A stretch of DNA of 64,000 nucleotides from Candidatus Omnitrophota bacterium (GCA_016931055.1 JAFGFL010000055.1:5773-69772); one strand, 5' to 3'. Positions 46,715 through 58,877 are shown, numbered from the stretch's first letter. Numbers and translations are program-made. Notes: generated by a model from the sequence alone, not told the origin.

Positions 46715-49700
46715 ATTTAACCATTTCTATTTCTTTATAACATGGCAAACCCGTGCCCGCGGGGATCAAATGCCCTACAATGACATTCTCTTTCAGCCCG
46801 CGAAGAAGGTCGATTCTACCAGAAGAGGCTGCCTCTGTCAACACCCGAGTTGTCTCTTGGAAACTGGCTGAAGAGACGAAACTATCTGTCGTTAAAGACA
46901 CTTTCGTAATTCCTAACAATAGGGGTGTTGCCTGGGCAGGCTTGCCCTTTTTCTTTATGACTTCATCATTGACTTTCTTAAAGGTGACCCGGTTGACCTG
47001 CTCCCCCACCAAAAACTTTGTATCGCCAGAGTCCTCGATTTTAACCTTTTTGAGCATTTGGGAGATGATCAGCTCAATATGCTTATCGTTAATACGGACC
47101 CCCTGCAGACGATAAACCTCTTGGACCTCATTCAACAGATATTCCTGCAGGACCTTGTCCCCGCAGACCTTTAAAATGTCATGGGGGACCACCGGCCCAT
47201 CGGTCAGCTGCTGACCGGCAAAAACACGGTCGCCCTTATAGACATTCGGATGCTTTCCATGAGGAATGGTGTATTCTGAAGTCATTCCGGTTGGGCTCTT
47301 AACGATAATCGTGCGCCGACCGCGTCTATCTTCACCGAATTCAACAATGCCATCGATTTCGCTAATGACCGCGGGATCCTTGGGCTTGCGCGCTTCGAAT
47401 AATTCAGCAACTCGCGGAAGGCCGCCGGTAATATCACGCGTCTTCCCGGCCCCTCTGGGAATTTTCGCAATCAAATCCCCGGCGTTGATCTTCTGCCTGT
47501 CTTTCACGAGGATGTGAGCTCCAATCGGAATCGAATAGATCCCAACAATCTCATCTTTCTCATCCGTGATGATAATTTGAGGATGATATTCCTGTTTATG
47601 CTCAACAACAACGCGTTCGGTAACGCCCGTCAGCGCATTCCGCTCTTCCTGAACGGTCACATCAGAAATAAGGTCTTCAGAATTAACCTCGCCCTTTACT
47701 TCCGTAATGATCGGAACCGTGTATGGGTCCCAATTCACGAAGATTTTATCTTTGGTGATCTGACCTCCATCCGCCACCTTGATGGACGCGCCCTGCGGCA
47801 ACTGGTACCGCTCAAATTCTCGGCCGAACTCATTATTGATACTGACGGCCCCATTCCGGTTAAGGACGATAAATTCATTGCCTTTAGCAACAACGCGCAA
47901 CTGATGGTACCTGATCGTTCCGCTATTTTTCGCTTTATAAAAAGATTGTTCTATGGCGCGGCTTGCCGTCCCGCCGATATGGAACGTCCGCATCGTCAAC
48001 TGAGTCCCCGGCTCCCCTATGCTCTGCGCGGCAATGGTCCCGACCGCTTCACCTATTTCGACCATGCGATGCGTGGCAAGATTGCGGCCGTAACATTTGG
48101 TGCATAAGCCATGTTCCGCTTCACATGTCAGAACGCTGCGGATGCGCACCTTTTCGATCCCAAGATGCTCGATGAACTCCGCCTTTTCTTCCGTGATCAT
48201 CTCACCAGCCTCGACAACGCGCTGGTCAGTCACAATATCAACGATACTGTCCAACGCCACGCGGCCCGTAATCCGTTCTTTCAGGCTCACAACCAGCTCA
48301 TCCCCTTCGACGATAGCCGAAACCGTAATTCCATTAAGTGTTCCACAATCTAATTCTGTGATAACTTGCTCTTGGGCCACGTCGACTAGACGGCGTGTCA
48401 AATAACCGGCATCGGCCGTTTTAAGAGCGGTGTCCGCCAGACCCTTTCGCGCCCCATGAGTTGAAATAAAGTATTCCAAAACGGTTAATCCCTCGCGGAA
48501 ACTTGCCGTGATCGGGCTCTCAATAATCTCTCCGGACGGCTTAGCCATTAAACCACGCATGCCTGAAAGCTGGCGGATCTGAAGTCGCGACCCGCGCGCA
48601 CCGGAATCGGCCATGATAAAAACGGGATTAAACGGCTCCATCTGTTTGAACACCAAATCAGAAATGCCTTCTGTCGTATGCGTCCAGACGTCGATGATCT
48701 TGTTGTAACGCTCGCGGCCCGTAATAATACCTTTGCGGTATTGATCTTCGATCTTATTCACTTCCTGTCTTGAGTTCTTGATAATCTCTTCCTTCTCTTT
48801 CGGGACCGTCATGTCTTCAATCCCGATCGAGATCCCGGCAAGCGTCGCATTGTTAAATCCGAAATCCTTCAGGTCATCAAGCAATTTAACGGTTTTCGCC
48901 TGACCAAACCTTTTGTAGCAATCCGAGATAACAGCCCCTATTTTCTTTTTCGTGAACAATTCGTTCACAAATCCGAATCCCTTTGGCAATAATTCATTGA
49001 CCAGGACACGGCCAACGGTTGTTTCGATAACCGTTCCATGGCCTTGGCCTGCCCGTCCCTGCGAACCCTCACCGGCTTTCAAGGCTTCTTCCTGAAAAAT
49101 AACCAATGACGGTTTTTCTTCTCCCCAAACAGGCTGATCTATCCATAATTTGATGCGCTTATGAATATTTCGCATCCCGTCATTGTAAGCGATCGTGACT
49201 TCGTCCGAAGACGCAAAAACTTTATCCTCTTCCCTGTTGGAATCTTCTTCCTTCGTCATGTAATAAAGACCCAACACCACATCTTGCGAAGGTGAAATAA
49301 CGGGCCTGCCATCGGCGGGTGAGAACAAATTGTTAACAGACAAGAGCTCTAATCGGCATTCGATCTGCGCTTCCAGAGAAAGCGGCACGTGCACGGCCAT
49401 TTGGTCTCCGTCAAAGTCGGCATTGAAAGCGGCGCAGACCAGCGGATGCAACTTTATGGCTTTTCCTTCGACAAGAACCGGATAGAACGCCTGGATACTT
49501 AACCGGTGCAGGGTCGGCGCACGGTTCAGCATAACGGGATGGTCCTGTATGACCTCATCAAGGATATCCCAGACTTCCGCTTTTGCCCTCTCGACCATCC
49601 GTTTTGCGCCCTTGATCGTATGGACAAACCCTTTTTCGCGGAGTTTGCGGATAATAAACGGCTCAAAAAGTTCAAGGGCCATCTTTTTGGGAAGGCCGCA

Positions 49701-50780
49701 CTGATGCAGTTTTAGCGTCGGACCGACCACAATGACGGAGCGTCCCGAATAATCGACGCGCTTCCCCAAAAGATTCATGCGGAACCGCCCTTGTTTGCCC
49801 TTGAGCATATCCGACAGAGATTTCAGCGGCCGGTTGCCAGAGCCCAATACCGGACGGCCGTGACGCCCGTTATCAAGAAGCGCATCCACGGCCTCCTGAA
49901 GCATGCGCTTTTCGTTACGGCAGATAATCTCAGGCGCCTTAAGATCGATCAGCTTCTTTAACCTGTTATTGCGGTTAATAACACGACGGTAAAGGTCATT
50001 CAGGTCAGACGTCGCAAACCTTCCCCCTTCAAGAGGCACCAAAGGCCTTAAATCCGGAGGGATCACCGGCAACACGTCCAAGACCATCCATTCTGCCATG
50101 TTTTCAGAATTCTTAAAATCCTCGATAATTTTTAAGGTCTTGGCGATTTTCTTGGCATTCGTCCCGGCCGGATTTGATTTCTCAAGATCTTTGCGTAATT
50201 TCTTGCAAAGCACATTCAGATCAAGCTCTTTAAGAACATCTCGGACAGCCTCAGCTCCGATCTTGGCTTTAAACGCCCCCCCGTATTTGACCAAAGCATC
50301 CTGATACTCGTCCTCGGAAAGGAATTGTTTAGGCTTCAACGGCGTTTCACCCGGATCGATCACGACGTACTCTTCATAATAAATAAGCTTTTCAAGGTCG
50401 CGCAGACCAACCTGTAACAATGCCGAAAGGCGGCTGGGAACCGCTTTATAGAACCAGATATGGGTCACCGGGCAGGCCAGTTCAATATGCCCCATACGTT
50501 CTCGACGGACCGAAGACCGGGTTACGGTTACCCCGCAGCGGTCACACGTAATTCCCTTAAACTTGATGCCTTTATACTTGCCGCAATTGCATTCCCAATC
50601 CCGCACAGGGCCAAAGATCTTTTCGCAAAAAAGGCCGTCCTTTTCGGGTTTTAATGTTCTGTAATTGAGCGTTTCAGCCTTTTTGACAATCCCGGAAGAC
50701 CATGAACGAATCACATCGGCTGAAGCGATTTGAATCGTAATGCGATCTTGATTTTTAATATTGTCGGACTTTTTTGTCAT
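46656..50780 (-). CDS. rpoC: DNA-directed RNA polymerase subunit beta'
   Basis: Homology begins at MTKKSDN...[17 protein letters not shown]. Zn-finger CNCGKYKG...CDRCG and catalytic [12 protein letters not shown]. The ATG at 50780 lies 1 nt after the rpoB stop. The 3' end overlaps rpsL by 59 nt. Confidence 0.98.
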   Translation of the reverse strand: MTKKSDNIKNQDRITIQIASADVIRSWSSGIVKKAETLNYRTLKPEKDGLFCEKIFGPVRDWECNCGKYKGIKFKGITCDRCGVTVTRSSVRRERMGHIELACPVTHIWFYKAVPSRLSALLQVGLRDLEKLIYYEEYVVIDPGETPLKPKQFLSEDEYQDALVKYGGAFKAKIGAEAVRDVLKELDLNVLCKKLRKDLEKSNPAGTNAKKIAKTLKIIEDFKNSENMAEWMVLDVLPVIPPDLRPLVPLEGGRFATSDLNDLYRRVINRNNRLKKLIDLKAPEIICRNEKRMLQEAVDALLDNGRHGRPVLGSGNRPLKSLSDMLKGKQGRFRMNLLGKRVDYSGRSVIVVGPTLKLHQCGLPKKMALELFEPFIIRKLREKGFVHTIKGAKRMVERAKAEVWDILDEVIQDHPVMLNRAPTLHRLSIQAFYPVLVEGKAIKLHPLVCAAFNADFDGDQMAVHVPLSLEAQIECRLELLSVNNLFSPADGRPVISPSQDVVLGLYYMTKEEDSNREEDKVFASSDEVTIAYNDGMRNIHKRIKLWIDQPVWGEEKPSLVIFQEEALKAGEGSQGRAGQGHGTVIETTVGRVLVNELLPKGFGFVNELFTKKKIGAVISDCYKRFGQAKTVKLLDDLKDFGFNNATLAGISIGIEDMTVPKEKEEIIKNSRQEVNKIEDQYRKGIITGRERYNKIIDVWTHTTEGISDLVFKQMEPFNPVFIMADSGARGSRLQIRQLSGMRGLMAKPSGEIIESPITASFREGLTVLEYFISTHGARKGLADTALKTADAGYLTRRLVDVAQEQVITELDCGTLNGITVSAIVEGDELVVSLKERITGRVALDSIVDIVTDQRVVEAGEMITEEKAEFIEHLGIEKVRIRSVLTCEAEHGLCTKCYGRNLATHRMVEIGEAVGTIAAQSIGEPGTQLTMRTFHIGGTASRAIEQSFYKAKNSGTIRYHQLRVVAKGNEFIVLNRNGAVSINNEFGREFERYQLPQGASIKVADGGQITKDKIFVNWDPYTVPIITEVKGEVNSEDLISDVTVQEERNALTGVTERVVVEHKQEYHPQIIITDEKDEIVGIYSIPIGAHILVKDRQKINAGDLIAKIPRGAGKTRDITGGLPRVAELFEARKPKDPAVISEIDGIVEFGEDRRGRRTIIVKSPTGMTSEYTIPHGKHPNVYKGDRVFAGQQLTDGPVVPHDILKVCGDKVLQEYLLNEVQEVYRLQGVRINDKHIELIISQMLKKVKIEDSGDTKFLVGEQVNRVTFKKVNDEVIKKKGKPAQATPLLLGITKVSLTTDSFVSSASFQETTRVLTEAASSGRIDLLRGLKENVIVGHLIPAGTGLPCYKEIEMVKYADDTTVNQKEPDAEKKEE

Positions 50781-50781
50781 G

Positions 50782-53700
50782 TCACTTCTTCTTATCTTTT
50801 TCTTTGGATTTATCGAAAAGTTTGGGTTCCGCTTCCGTGCCGGCCTTGACCATCTTGATGTCAAGGCACAAACCTTGAAGCTCTTTAACAAGAACATTGA
50901 AAGATTCGGGTGTGCCTGGGGCTAATTTTTGCTGTCCCTTAACGATGGCTTCATACATCCGGCTTCGGCCTGTAACATCATCGCTTTTGACCGTCAGCAT
51001 CTCCTGAAGCGTGTAGGCCGCTCCATAGGCTTCCAATGCCCAGACTTCCATTTCCCCGAACCTTTGCCCTCCAAAATGCGCTTTTCCGCCCAACGGCTGC
51101 TGAGTGACCAAAGAATATGGCCCGATGGAACGCGCATGGATTTTTTCATCAACAAGATGGTTTAACTTCATCATATAAATAATACCGACAGTAACTTTCT
51201 GGTCAAAAGGCTCTCCGGTATAACCATCATAAAGGACAGCCTTCCCATCCTCCGGCAAGCCGGCTGCTTTGAGATTTTCGCGGATTTCTTCCTCATCGGC
51301 CCCGTTAAAAACCGGTGTTTCTGCATAATATCCAAGCACTTTTGCTGCCCATCCTAAATGCGTTTCCAAAAGCTGACCGACATTCATACGTGAAGGAACC
51401 CCAAGCGGATTTAAAACAATATCCACAGCGGTACCATCGGCCAAAAACGGCATGTCACTTTCCGGCAAGATGCGCGAAACGATCCCTTTGTTTCCGTGGC
51501 GGCCTGCCATCTTGTCCCCTTCGGAAAGTTTCCGCTTGGTCGCGACGTAAACAACCACCCTTTTGAGCACACCCGCAGGAAGCTCATCGCCGCGTTTGAC
51601 GCGCTCGATCTCATGCTCCTGCTCTTCCATTAATTCGGCAATCTTGTCATCATAGAAACGCGCTGTTTCCCTCTCCTCGGACTCCTCTTCGAAATCGTCG
51701 AATTTAATCTTGCTGAGCTTTGATTTATTGATCCCCAACAGCCTGCCTAATTTCGTATCACGCTCTTCTTCTGTAAATTGAATTTCCTGCTTGTAAAAAG
51801 CCTTTATTTTCTCGATTGTTTCGCTTTCCTTATGTTTATCCTCCTTGGATTTTCTTCCACGCTCACTGCGCTGAAACACCTCCGTATTGACAATCACTCC
51901 TTCAATACCCGGTGGAAGGGTCAAGGAAGTATCCCGGATATCCGCGGCCTTTTCCCCAAAAATCGCTCTCAGCAGCCGTTCCTCCGGGGAAAGTTCTTTT
52001 TCGCTTTTCGGGGTAACTTTTCCGACAAGGATATCTCCTGCTTTTACTTCTGCACCTACGCGAACAATCCCGTCTTCGTTTAGACTAATAAGAGCTTCCT
52101 CCCCCACATTGGGAATATCCCGCGTGACCTCCTCATTTCCCAAGCGCGTTTCACGGCATTCCACTTCAAATCTCTCGATGTGAATAGACGAAAAGACATC
52201 ATCTCGGACAATTTTTTCATTGACGAGAATTGCATCTTCAAAGTTGTAGCCGCGCCAGGGCATAAAGGCCACCATCACATTGCGCCCTAAGGCCAAGCGA
52301 CCATTGCTCGTCCCGACACCATCAGCGATCGCTTGACCCGCCTTCACCTTATCGCCGACTTGGACCAAGGGCCTTTGATGGATGCACGTATTGGCGTTCG
52401 TGCGCTGGTAATTCTTGAGCGGACACTCCGTTTTTCCTATCACGATTTCGCTGGCATCCACCTTCTTGACGATCCCGTCTTCTTTCGCGATCACGACGAC
52501 ACCGGAATCCCTTGCGACTTTCTCTTCCATGCCCGTTCCCACATATGGGACTTCGGGGATCATCAACGGGACAGCCTGCCGCTGCATATTGGACCCCATC
52601 AAGGCGCGGTTAGCGTCATCGTGCTCCAGAAACGGGATCAACGAGGCCGCCACAGACACAATCTGTAAAGGAGAAACATCCATGTATCCGATATTTTTGG
52701 GTTTCACCCTTGGAAAATCTGTTTTATAACGGCACAAGACATCAGGACCTTTAAAGCTCCCATCCTCATTGACGACGGCATTGGCCTGCGCGATATATTC
52801 GTTCTGGTCCATATCAGCCGTAAGAAATTCCGTCTTTCTGGTAACTTGACCATCAACAACTTTACGATAAGGCGTCTCAATAAAGCCCAGATCGTTAACA
52901 CGGGCGCATGTCGTTAAAGATGCAATAAGACCGATATTCGGGCCTTCCGGAGTCTCAATGGGACAGACACGCCCATAGTGGGTCGGGTGGACGTCACGGA
53001 CTTCGAACCCTGCACGCTCACGGGACAATCCGCCGGGGCCTAAAGCGCTCAGCCTCCTTTTATGGGTCATCTCCGATAACGGATTGACCTGATCCATGAA
53101 CTGGGATAATTGGCTTCGCGCGAAGAAATCTTGGATCTGATTTGAGAAAAGGCGTGAATTGATAAGATGGTGGGCCGTGAGGTTTTCGAAAGAGCTCATC
53201 ACCACAAGGCGCTCTTTAATGGAACGTTCCAAACGGGCAAGGCCGATGCGCACCTGGTTTTGGACCAGCTCTCCGACGGTCTTAATCCGGCGGTTGCCCA
53301 GATGGTCAATATCATCCGTTTCCCCTTTTCCGGCACGCAGACCGATTAAATAACGGATCACTTCAACGACCGTCCCGATATCGAGGACCCTGTTCTCCAA
53401 GGGCACATTCATGCCTAATTTACGGTTAATGATATGCCGCCCGACTTTGCTCAAATCATATCGTTTCGCCTCAAAAAACAATCGGAAGAAAAGGGCGTCG
53501 GCCACTTCAATCGTCGCCGGTTCGGTTGGCCGCATTTTACGGTAAAAATCCAGGAGGGCTTCTTCTTTGTTCGTTGTGTGATCTTTTTCGAGGGTCGGTT
53601 TCACTTTGTCAAAATCATTGCCCAGCATCTTTTGGATATCTTCATTGCTTGAGAGCCCCATGATCCTTAAAACCTGGGTCGCTGGAAAATTCCTCCGCCG

Positions 53701-54255
53701 ATCAATATAAGCCAAAAGGACATCATTTAAATCATACTTGATTTCAAACCATGCGCCACGGGAGGGGATAATGCGGCCGTGGTAAAAACTCTTTCCGGTT
53801 GGATGCAGCTCTTCTTCGAAGGAAACACCCGGAGGACGCTGGATTTGCGAAACCACCACCCGCTCATCGCCGTTAATAATAAACGTGCCTGTCTCCGTCA
53901 TCAGAGGGAAATCGCCAAAGTACACCTCCTGCTCTTTGATGTCCACTGGCGTAATCAAGCGTAATTTCACTTTCAAGGCAGCCGCATAATTCATGCCGCG
54001 CCGCTTGCATTCAAAGGCCGAATATTTCTCCTTGCCCAGCGAATAGCTCATGTATTCCAGTTTGATCTGTCCGTCATAACTTTCAAGCGGGAACACCTCA
54101 CGAAAGACCTCTTCTAAGCCCTGATCACTGCGCTTCTCCGGCAGAACAAAGCGTTGTAAGAATTGCTCATAAGCAACACATTGAATATCCAGCAGGTTCG
54201 GTAACGGGAAATTGTCTTTTACCTTACTAAAGTCTTTGATTTTTAATTTTTCCAT
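50782..54255 (-). CDS. rpoB: DNA-directed RNA polymerase subunit beta
   Basis: 1157 aa. Rif-region [37 protein letters not shown], then [26 protein letters not shown]. Confidence 0.99.
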   Translation of the reverse strand: MEKLKIKDFSKVKDNFPLPNLLDIQCVAYEQFLQRFVLPEKRSDQGLEEVFREVFPLESYDGQIKLEYMSYSLGKEKYSAFECKRRGMNYAAALKVKLRLITPVDIKEQEVYFGDFPLMTETGTFIINGDERVVVSQIQRPPGVSFEEELHPTGKSFYHGRIIPSRGAWFEIKYDLNDVLLAYIDRRRNFPATQVLRIMGLSSNEDIQKMLGNDFDKVKPTLEKDHTTNKEEALLDFYRKMRPTEPATIEVADALFFRLFFEAKRYDLSKVGRHIINRKLGMNVPLENRVLDIGTVVEVIRYLIGLRAGKGETDDIDHLGNRRIKTVGELVQNQVRIGLARLERSIKERLVVMSSFENLTAHHLINSRLFSNQIQDFFARSQLSQFMDQVNPLSEMTHKRRLSALGPGGLSRERAGFEVRDVHPTHYGRVCPIETPEGPNIGLIASLTTCARVNDLGFIETPYRKVVDGQVTRKTEFLTADMDQNEYIAQANAVVNEDGSFKGPDVLCRYKTDFPRVKPKNIGYMDVSPLQIVSVAASLIPFLEHDDANRALMGSNMQRQAVPLMIPEVPYVGTGMEEKVARDSGVVVIAKEDGIVKKVDASEIVIGKTECPLKNYQRTNANTCIHQRPLVQVGDKVKAGQAIADGVGTSNGRLALGRNVMVAFMPWRGYNFEDAILVNEKIVRDDVFSSIHIERFEVECRETRLGNEEVTRDIPNVGEEALISLNEDGIVRVGAEVKAGDILVGKVTPKSEKELSPEERLLRAIFGEKAADIRDTSLTLPPGIEGVIVNTEVFQRSERGRKSKEDKHKESETIEKIKAFYKQEIQFTEEERDTKLGRLLGINKSKLSKIKFDDFEEESEERETARFYDDKIAELMEEQEHEIERVKRGDELPAGVLKRVVVYVATKRKLSEGDKMAGRHGNKGIVSRILPESDMPFLADGTAVDIVLNPLGVPSRMNVGQLLETHLGWAAKVLGYYAETPVFNGADEEEIRENLKAAGLPEDGKAVLYDGYTGEPFDQKVTVGIIYMMKLNHLVDEKIHARSIGPYSLVTQQPLGGKAHFGGQRFGEMEVWALEAYGAAYTLQEMLTVKSDDVTGRSRMYEAIVKGQQKLAPGTPESFNVLVKELQGLCLDIKMVKAGTEAEPKLFDKSKEKDKKK

Positions 54256-54304
54256 AATATTCCGAATAAAAGTTGGTGGTTACTGATATCTTTAAGAGGA
54301 TCTG

Positions 54305-54364
54305 TTCTGCCCTTGGCAGAAACGACACAAACACTTCTCTCTCGTCTTCTTCTTGGAAAGAAGA
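54305..54364 (-). promoter_or_regulatory. Two short hairpins in the rplL-rpoB spacer (candidate attenuator or processing site)
   Basis: Transcript strand UCUUCUU-UCC-AAGAAGA (54364-54348) and UUCUGCC-AAG-GGCAGAA (54321-54305), inside a 119-nt gap. An rplL-rpoB attenuator is known in E. coli. No U-tract follows either hairpin here. Confidence 0.35.
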
Positions 54365-54374
54365 TACCTCGCAT

Positions 54375-54812
54375 TTACTTTAATTCGACTTTGGCACCTG
54401 CAGCTTCGAGTTTCTTCTTAAGCTCTTCCGCTTCTTCCTTGGTGGCGTTTTCCTTCACAGTCTTCGGAGCGCTTTCAACCAAATCTTTAGCTTCCTTCAG
54501 GCCCAAGCTTGTGGCCGCCCTGACTTCCTTGATCACGGAAATCTTGTTAGCGCCGACATTGGCAAGGACAACATCAAAGGTTGTTTTTTCTTCTGCCGCA
54601 GCAGCCACGCCAGCAGCAGCGCCCGCCACTCCCGGCATCATAACACCCATGGCCATAGGTGCGGCTGCCTGAATGCCGAATTTATCCTCCAGGCCTTTAA
54701 CCAACTCGGAAAGTTCCAAGGCGGTCAACTGCTCGATCGTCTTGATGACCTCTTCCAATTTTGGAGAAAGCTCAACGCTTTCCTTTTTTTCCACCGTTGT
54801 ATCTTTAGACAT
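54375..54812 (-). CDS. rplL: 50S ribosomal protein L7/L12
   Basis: 145 aa. ELSELVK.LE.KFG, an Ala-rich hinge, then C-terminal domain KI.VIKEVR..T.LGLKEAK.LVE..PK.....KEEAE..K.KLE.AGA.VELK. About 15 extra N-terminal residues. Confidence 0.95.
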   Translation of the reverse strand: MSKDTTVEKKESVELSPKLEEVIKTIEQLTALELSELVKGLEDKFGIQAAAPMAMGVMMPGVAGAAAGVAAAAEEKTTFDVVLANVGANKISVIKEVRAATSLGLKEAKDLVESAPKTVKENATKEEAEELKKKLEAAGAKVELK

Positions 54813-54813
54813 T

Positions 54814-55344
54814 TTACTTTCCTCCCTTTTTCTCGCTTAATTGTTTCAATAGGGACAACAAATCCCTTGTCTTCGCGTTCAGAGCCCCCGCGAGACGCGT
54901 TAGAGGCGATTGCAAAGCGGCCAGGAGTGTCGCCAATAACACATCTTTTGACGGTAACTCAGATAATTTCTTGATATCATCCTTCTGAAGAAGCCTTCCC
55001 TGAAGCAACCCGCCTTGCACAATGGTATTCTCGGAAGATCTGATAAATTTGATTAATATTTTCGAAATTTCAGACGAATCAGCCCCGCCCCAGATCAAAG
55101 CCGTCTGACCGTACACCTTTCCCGAAAGTTCCTCACATTCCATTTCTTTGAGGGCCAGACGCGCAATGGAATTCTTGGTTGCGCACATGCTTGCCCCCGT
55201 TCTCTTGAGGCTTTTTCTTAAGTCATTCATTTGCAGTCCAGAGACATTGGAATAACTAAGAAGGAAGACATTATCACTCGCTGAAACGCCTTTCTTAATC
55301 TGATTGACTAATGATTCCCGATAGAGAAGACCAACTTTTTTCAT
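54814..55344 (-). CDS. rplJ: 50S ribosomal protein L10
   Basis: 176 aa, positioned between rplA and rplL. Y.G......LR..LR......V.KN.L pattern. Confidence 0.92.
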   Translation of the reverse strand: MKKVGLLYRESLVNQIKKGVSASDNVFLLSYSNVSGLQMNDLRKSLKRTGASMCATKNSIARLALKEMECEELSGKVYGQTALIWGGADSSEISKILIKFIRSSENTIVQGGLLQGRLLQKDDIKKLSELPSKDVLLATLLAALQSPLTRLAGALNAKTRDLLSLLKQLSEKKGGK

Positions 55345-56021
55345 AGCGCTACCCTTAAACCTGGGCCCATGGTTGTTGTTAACGATGCCGTTTTAATGAG
55401 ATTCCCTTTGACGGCGGCCGGTTTGGCATGATTGATGGCCTCGACCAAATGTTTCACATTTTCCAGCAATTTCTCTTTTTCAAACGACCTTTTCCCAACA
55501 CTGACATGAATGCCCGCTTGTTTATCCGACTTAAATTCAATCTTACCTGATTTCACTTCCTTCACAGCCCGTTCGATGTCCATGGTGACCGTTCCCGCTT
55601 TCGGCGTCGGCATAAGCCCTCTGGGGCCTAAGACCTTTCCGAGTTTGCTTAGATCACGCATCATATCAGGAGCGGCGACAATAACGTCAAAATCCATAAA
55701 GCCTTTTGAAATTTTATCGATCAATTCGGCAGCTCCGACGAAATCCGCTCCGGCAGCCTTGGCCTTGGCTTCAAGCTCTCCTTTACAAATGACAGCCACT
55801 CGGACATTCTTGCCCAAACCATTCGGTAAAACCATCGTGCCGCGCACAACCTGATCGGAACTTTTGGGGTCGATATTCAAAAAAAGATGTAGTTCAACGG
55901 TTTCGTCAAATTTGACCTTCGGAAATTTTGCAACATTTTCGACAGCTTGTTCAAGAGAGAACACTTCCCCTTGGGTAAATAATTTTTTGGCTTCACCCAT
56001 ACGTTTGCTTGGTTTGATCAT
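55341..56021 (-). CDS. rplA: 50S ribosomal protein L1
   Basis: F.ETVE....L..DP...DQ.VRG...LP.G.GK..RV.V; GPRGLMP.PK.GTVT. The start was trimmed to the ATG at 56021, 1 nt after the rplK stop. Confidence 0.95.
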   Translation of the reverse strand: MIKPSKRMGEAKKLFTQGEVFSLEQAVENVAKFPKVKFDETVELHLFLNIDPKSSDQVVRGTMVLPNGLGKNVRVAVICKGELEAKAKAAGADFVGAAELIDKISKGFMDFDVIVAAPDMMRDLSKLGKVLGPRGLMPTPKAGTVTMDIERAVKEVKSGKIEFKSDKQAGIHVSVGKRSFEKEKLLENVKHLVEAINHAKPAAVKGNLIKTASLTTTMGPGLRVAL

Positions 56022-56022
56022 T

Positions 56023-56448
56023 TTACGCCACCACCTCGATTCCCATGCTCCTCGCCGTCCCCTCAATGGTCACCATGGCCTGATTCAGATCGTTCGTATT
56101 AAGGTCTTCCATTTTGATCTTGGCGATCTCTTCCACTTGCTTTTTCGTGATCTGGGCAATTTTTTCCTTGCCGGCCATTCCAGAAGCCTTGGCAAGGTTA
56201 GCCGCCTTTTTGATCAAAACAGCACTGGGAGGAGTTTTGATAATAAAATCAAATGATTTATCCTTATAGACATTGATGATCGCCGGCAAAACGAGCCCCT
56301 CGCGCCCCTTGGTTTGCTCATTAAAGGCTTTGCAGAAGCCCATGATGTTAATGCCATGCTGGCCCAATGCCGGGCCAACAGGAGGCGCGGGATTGGCCTG
56401 TCCTGCAGCGACGTATAATTTGATTTGCGCAACAACTTCTTTTGCCAT
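56023..56448 (-). CDS. rplK: 50S ribosomal protein L11
   Basis: MAKEV...IKL...[25 protein letters not shown]. Confidence 0.97.
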   Translation of the reverse strand: MAKEVVAQIKLYVAAGQANPAPPVGPALGQHGINIMGFCKAFNEQTKGREGLVLPAIINVYKDKSFDFIIKTPPSAVLIKKAANLAKASGMAGKEKIAQITKKQVEEIAKIKMEDLNTNDLNQAMVTIEGTARSMGIEVVA

Positions 56449-56456
56449 AGGTCCCT

Positions 56457-57002
56457 CTATATTTTTTCCACTTGCCAGTATTCCAGTTCAACGAGCGTTG
56501 ACCGGCCGAAGATCGAAACACTGACCTTGAGTTTTCCGCGGTCAGGATACACTTCCATGACCGAACCATTAAAATTCGCGAAAGGTCCTTGGGAAATACG
56601 GATAGACTCCCCGATCTCAAAAACGGTCTTTGGCATCGGTTTGGTCTCGGTGTCCTCCGTACGGCTGATGATCGCGGCTACTTCTTCCTCGGAGATCGGT
56701 GTCGGCCTGCGACCCGGCCCGATAAAGCCCGTAATACCGGGGGTCGTCTTGACCAAGTACCAGCTTTCTTTACTCATCAGCATCTTGATCATGATATAGC
56801 CCGGGAAGAATTTCCTAGCGGTAATACGTTTTTTCCCGCCACGGACTTCCGACACCTGTTCGGTGGGGACAACGATTTCCCCGATATAATTCTTCAACTC
56901 CGTTGAAGCCATCCGGCTTTCAAGTCCGGCCTTGGCCTTTTCCTCTGAACCTGTCTGTGTATGAACAACATACCACTTCATCTCACTCATAACTTTATCC
57001 AA
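56457..57002 (-). CDS. nusG: Transcription termination/antitermination factor NusG
   Basis: KWYVVHT.TGSEEK, FPGY......M, and a C-terminal KOW (G..I.I..GPFA.F.G.V.EV). Confidence 0.95.
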   Translation of the reverse strand: MDKVMSEMKWYVVHTQTGSEEKAKAGLESRMASTELKNYIGEIVVPTEQVSEVRGGKKRITARKFFPGYIMIKMLMSKESWYLVKTTPGITGFIGPGRRPTPISEEEVAAIISRTEDTETKPMPKTVFEIGESIRISQGPFANFNGSVMEVYPDRGKLKVSVSIFGRSTLVELEYWQVEKI

Positions 57003-57180
57003 TAATGATCTCTAACAGTTTTGAAAGAACAAAATCTGTCATGGCAATAAAGCCGCACAATAAAACCGAACTTAAAATGACAATCCACGTTGCTTCGACC
57101 AAATCCCTGCGCGTTGACCAGGACACCTTTTTAAGCTCAACCGCGACCTCTGAAATAAATTTTTGTACTTTTCCAATCAT
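56995..57180 (-). CDS. secE: Preprotein translocase subunit SecE
   Basis: MIGKVQKFISEVAVELKKVSWSTRRDLVEATWIVILSSVLLCGFIAMTDFVLSKLL. The start was trimmed to the ATG at 57180; the track ORF extends into tRNA-Trp. Confidence 0.9.
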   Translation of the reverse strand: MIGKVQKFISEVAVELKKVSWSTRRDLVEATWIVILSSVLLCGFIAMTDFVLSKLLEIIIG

Positions 57181-57196
57181 CCGCTTTATAACCTTA

Positions 57197-57270
57197 CAGG
57201 CCTGGTAGGATTCGAACCTACAACACACGGTTTTGGAGACCGTTGCTCTGCCAGTTGGAGCTACAGGCCT
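57197..57270 (-). tRNA. tRNA-Trp (anticodon CCA), no encoded 3' CCA
   Basis: Minus strand AGGCCTGTAGCTCCAACTGGCAGAGCAACGGTCTCCAAAACCGTGTGTTGTAGGTTCGAATCCTACCAGGCCTG. Hand-folded cloverleaf with anticodon loop CTCCAAA. Canonical position upstream of secE-nusG. Confidence 0.95.
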
Positions 57271-57298
57271 TCATCTTCCGTTATTCATTCGTCATTCA

Positions 57299-57451
57299 TT
57301 ACTTCTTCATCTCGCGATGAACAACATGCTTGCGGCAAAATCTGCAATATTTTTTAAGTTCTATTTTGTCAGGATGCTTTTTCTTATCTTTCATAGAATT
57401 ATAATTAATGCGTTTGCATCCTGTGCATTGAAATTGTATAGGCTCGCGCAT
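57299..57451 (-). CDS. rpmG: 50S ribosomal protein L33 (zinc-ribbon form)
   Basis: Not in the ORF track (50 aa). Manual translation gives MREPIQFQCTGCKRINYNSMKDKKKHPDKIELKKYCRFCRKHVVHREMKK*. CxxC...CxxC pattern and the PDK.ELKKYC motif. Lies between tRNA-Thr and tRNA-Trp. Confidence 0.9.
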   Translation of the reverse strand: MREPIQFQCTGCKRINYNSMKDKKKHPDKIELKKYCRFCRKHVVHREMKK

Positions 57452-57517
57452 AATAAAACTCTTATTTATATCCTATTGATATCGGTGAATACCGTCGAGG
57501 CTTCCGGGTCGGGGATA

Positions 57518-57590
57518 AGCCCCCGACCGGAATTGAACCGGTGGCCTCGTCCTTACCAAGGACGTGCTCTACCAACTGAGCTACAGGGGC
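57518..57590 (-). tRNA. tRNA-Thr (anticodon GGT), no encoded 3' CCA
   Basis: Minus strand GCCCCTGTAGCTCAGTTGGTAGAGCACGTCCTTGGTAAGGACGAGGCCACCGGTTCAATTCCGGTCGGGGGCT. Hand-folded cloverleaf with anticodon loop TTGGTAA. Confidence 0.95.
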
Positions 57591-57609
57591 AGTGCACAAT
57601 AGTTAGTCA

Positions 57610-57637
57610 AGTATATCTAATAATGTAGTTTTGTCAA
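57610..57637 (-). promoter_or_regulatory. Candidate sigma70-type promoter driving tRNA-Thr-rpmG-tRNA-Trp-secE-nusG...
   Basis: Minus strand TTGACA (57637-57632), a 16-nt spacer, then TATACT (57615-57610). The -10 element ends 19 nt before the mature tRNA-Thr 5' end, in a 117-nt A+T-rich gap after tyrS. Confidence 0.6.
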
Positions 57638-57707
57638 GCTGTTTTCTTTGTTTTATTTGAGCGCTAATTTACTATGATTATTAGAGTTATGAGATAAGAG
57701 AACGCGC

Positions 57708-58877
57708 TTAAACCAGCTTGAGAAACCGGCGTTTCCCGATCTTAAGGACGCCCGCTTTTGGCGCCCAATTCGGATCGGTTAACCTGCTATTTTCATAACT
57801 GATCGCCCCCTGCTTTATAAGCCTCTTGTATTCCCGCGCTGAAGCAACTAATTTCTTTTCCAGCAAAATATCAACTAAAACCTGCTTATTTCCAGCCAAA
57901 ACATACTCCCGGATCTCATCAGGCGCTTGCCTTTGGCTGAATGTCTTTTCAAAATGACCTCTGGCTTTGGCTGCCTGCTCGGCACCATAGAATTGTGTGA
58001 CAATGGACTCGCCCAATTTCATCTTGGCCTCTTTGGGATGCAGCCTTTTAATCTCAGGAAGGTCAAAATCGGTCAGGCACTCAAAATATTTGTACATAAG
58101 CTCATCACTAATAGACATCAGTTTACCGAAAATCTCATCAGGAGGCTCGCTGATACCGATATAATTCCCGAGAGACTTGCTCATTTTCTGGACCCCATCG
58201 GTGCCCTCTAAAAGCGGTGTCATGATAACCACCTGCGGCTCCTGGCCGTAAATCTCCTGCAATTGCCTTCCCATCAGAAGATTGAATTTTTGGTCAGAAC
58301 CTCCCAGCTCGACATCAGCTTTCAAATGAATCGAATCATAACCTTGAAGAAGCGGATAGAGGAATTCCAGAAGGCTGATTTCTTTGCCTTCTTCGTAACG
58401 TTTTTTAAAGTCCGCTCTGGCGAGCATCTGTGCGACCGTTGAATGTTTTGCAAGCTGCAGCGCTTCTTGGGCGGATAATTTATCCAGCCATGTGCTGTTA
58501 AAAACAACCTTCAGTTTTTTAGGATCCGGGTCAAGAATCTTGAGAACTTGTTCTTTGTATGTCTTGGCGTTCTTTTGGATGGCAGCCGAGTCAAGCAACG
58601 GCCTTAATTGCGTCTGCCCAGTCGGATCGCCGATCCTCGCCGTAAAATCGCCAATCAGGAAATAGACCCTGTGTCCGAGGTCCTGGAACTGCCTGAGTTT
58701 TCGCAGCAGCACGACATGACCTAAATGAATATCTGGAGCCGTTGGATCAAATCCGGCCTTAATATGTAGAGGCCTTTTTTCTTTTTGGCTGGATAAAAGT
58801 TTTTTCTCCAGGCCTTCAACATTAATAATTTCGGCCGCCGAACGAGTGACCTTTTGGACAATCTTTTTGCTTTCCAT
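57708..58877 (-). CDS. tyrS: Tyrosine--tRNA ligase
   Basis: Homology from MESKK...: [15 protein letters not shown] (HIGH-type), KMSKSLGN, and a C-terminal S4-like domain. The start was trimmed to the ATG at 58877. Confidence 0.93.
   Translation of the reverse strand: MESKKIVQKVTRSAAEIINVEGLEKKLLSSQKEKRPLHIKAGFDPTAPDIHLGHVVLLRKLRQFQDLGHRVYFLIGDFTARIGDPTGQTQLRPLLDSAAIQKNAKTYKEQVLKILDPDPKKLKVVFNSTWLDKLSAQEALQLAKHSTVAQMLARADFKKRYEEGKEISLLEFLYPLLQGYDSIHLKADVELGGSDQKFNLLMGRQLQEIYGQEPQVVIMTPLLEGTDGVQKMSKSLGNYIGISEPPDEIFGKLMSISDELMYKYFECLTDFDLPEIKRLHPKEAKMKLGESIVTQFYGAEQAAKARGHFEKTFSQRQAPDEIREYVLAGNKQVLVDILLEKKLVASAREYKRLIKQGAISYENSRLTDPNWAPKAGVLKIGKRRFLKLV

Noticed and set aside
47514-48107. A 197-aa plus-strand ORF antisense to rpoC. 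Other long plus-strand ORFs include 5428..5952 (174 aa), 8405..8896 (163 aa), 13316..13882 (188 aa), 35520..36068 (182 aa), 4454..4933 (159 aa), 25876..26343 (155 aa), 23368..23841 (157 aa) and 36069..36530 (153 aa).
   Set aside because: All lie entirely antisense to strongly supported, conserved minus-strand genes. They have low-complexity or Arg/Leu/Ser-rich shadow-ORF composition and no recognisable motifs or start context. They are typical antisense frame artefacts.
54313-54672. A 119-aa Ala/Ser/Thr-rich plus-strand ORF (…[25 protein letters not shown]).
   Set aside because: It is the antisense shadow of the Ala-rich hinge of L7/L12 (rplL) and is not an independent gene.
57233-57628. A 131-aa plus-strand ORF spanning the tRNA-Trp/rpmG/tRNA-Thr region.
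   Set aside because: It runs antisense through two hand-verified tRNAs and the L33 gene. The coding potential is explained by those features.
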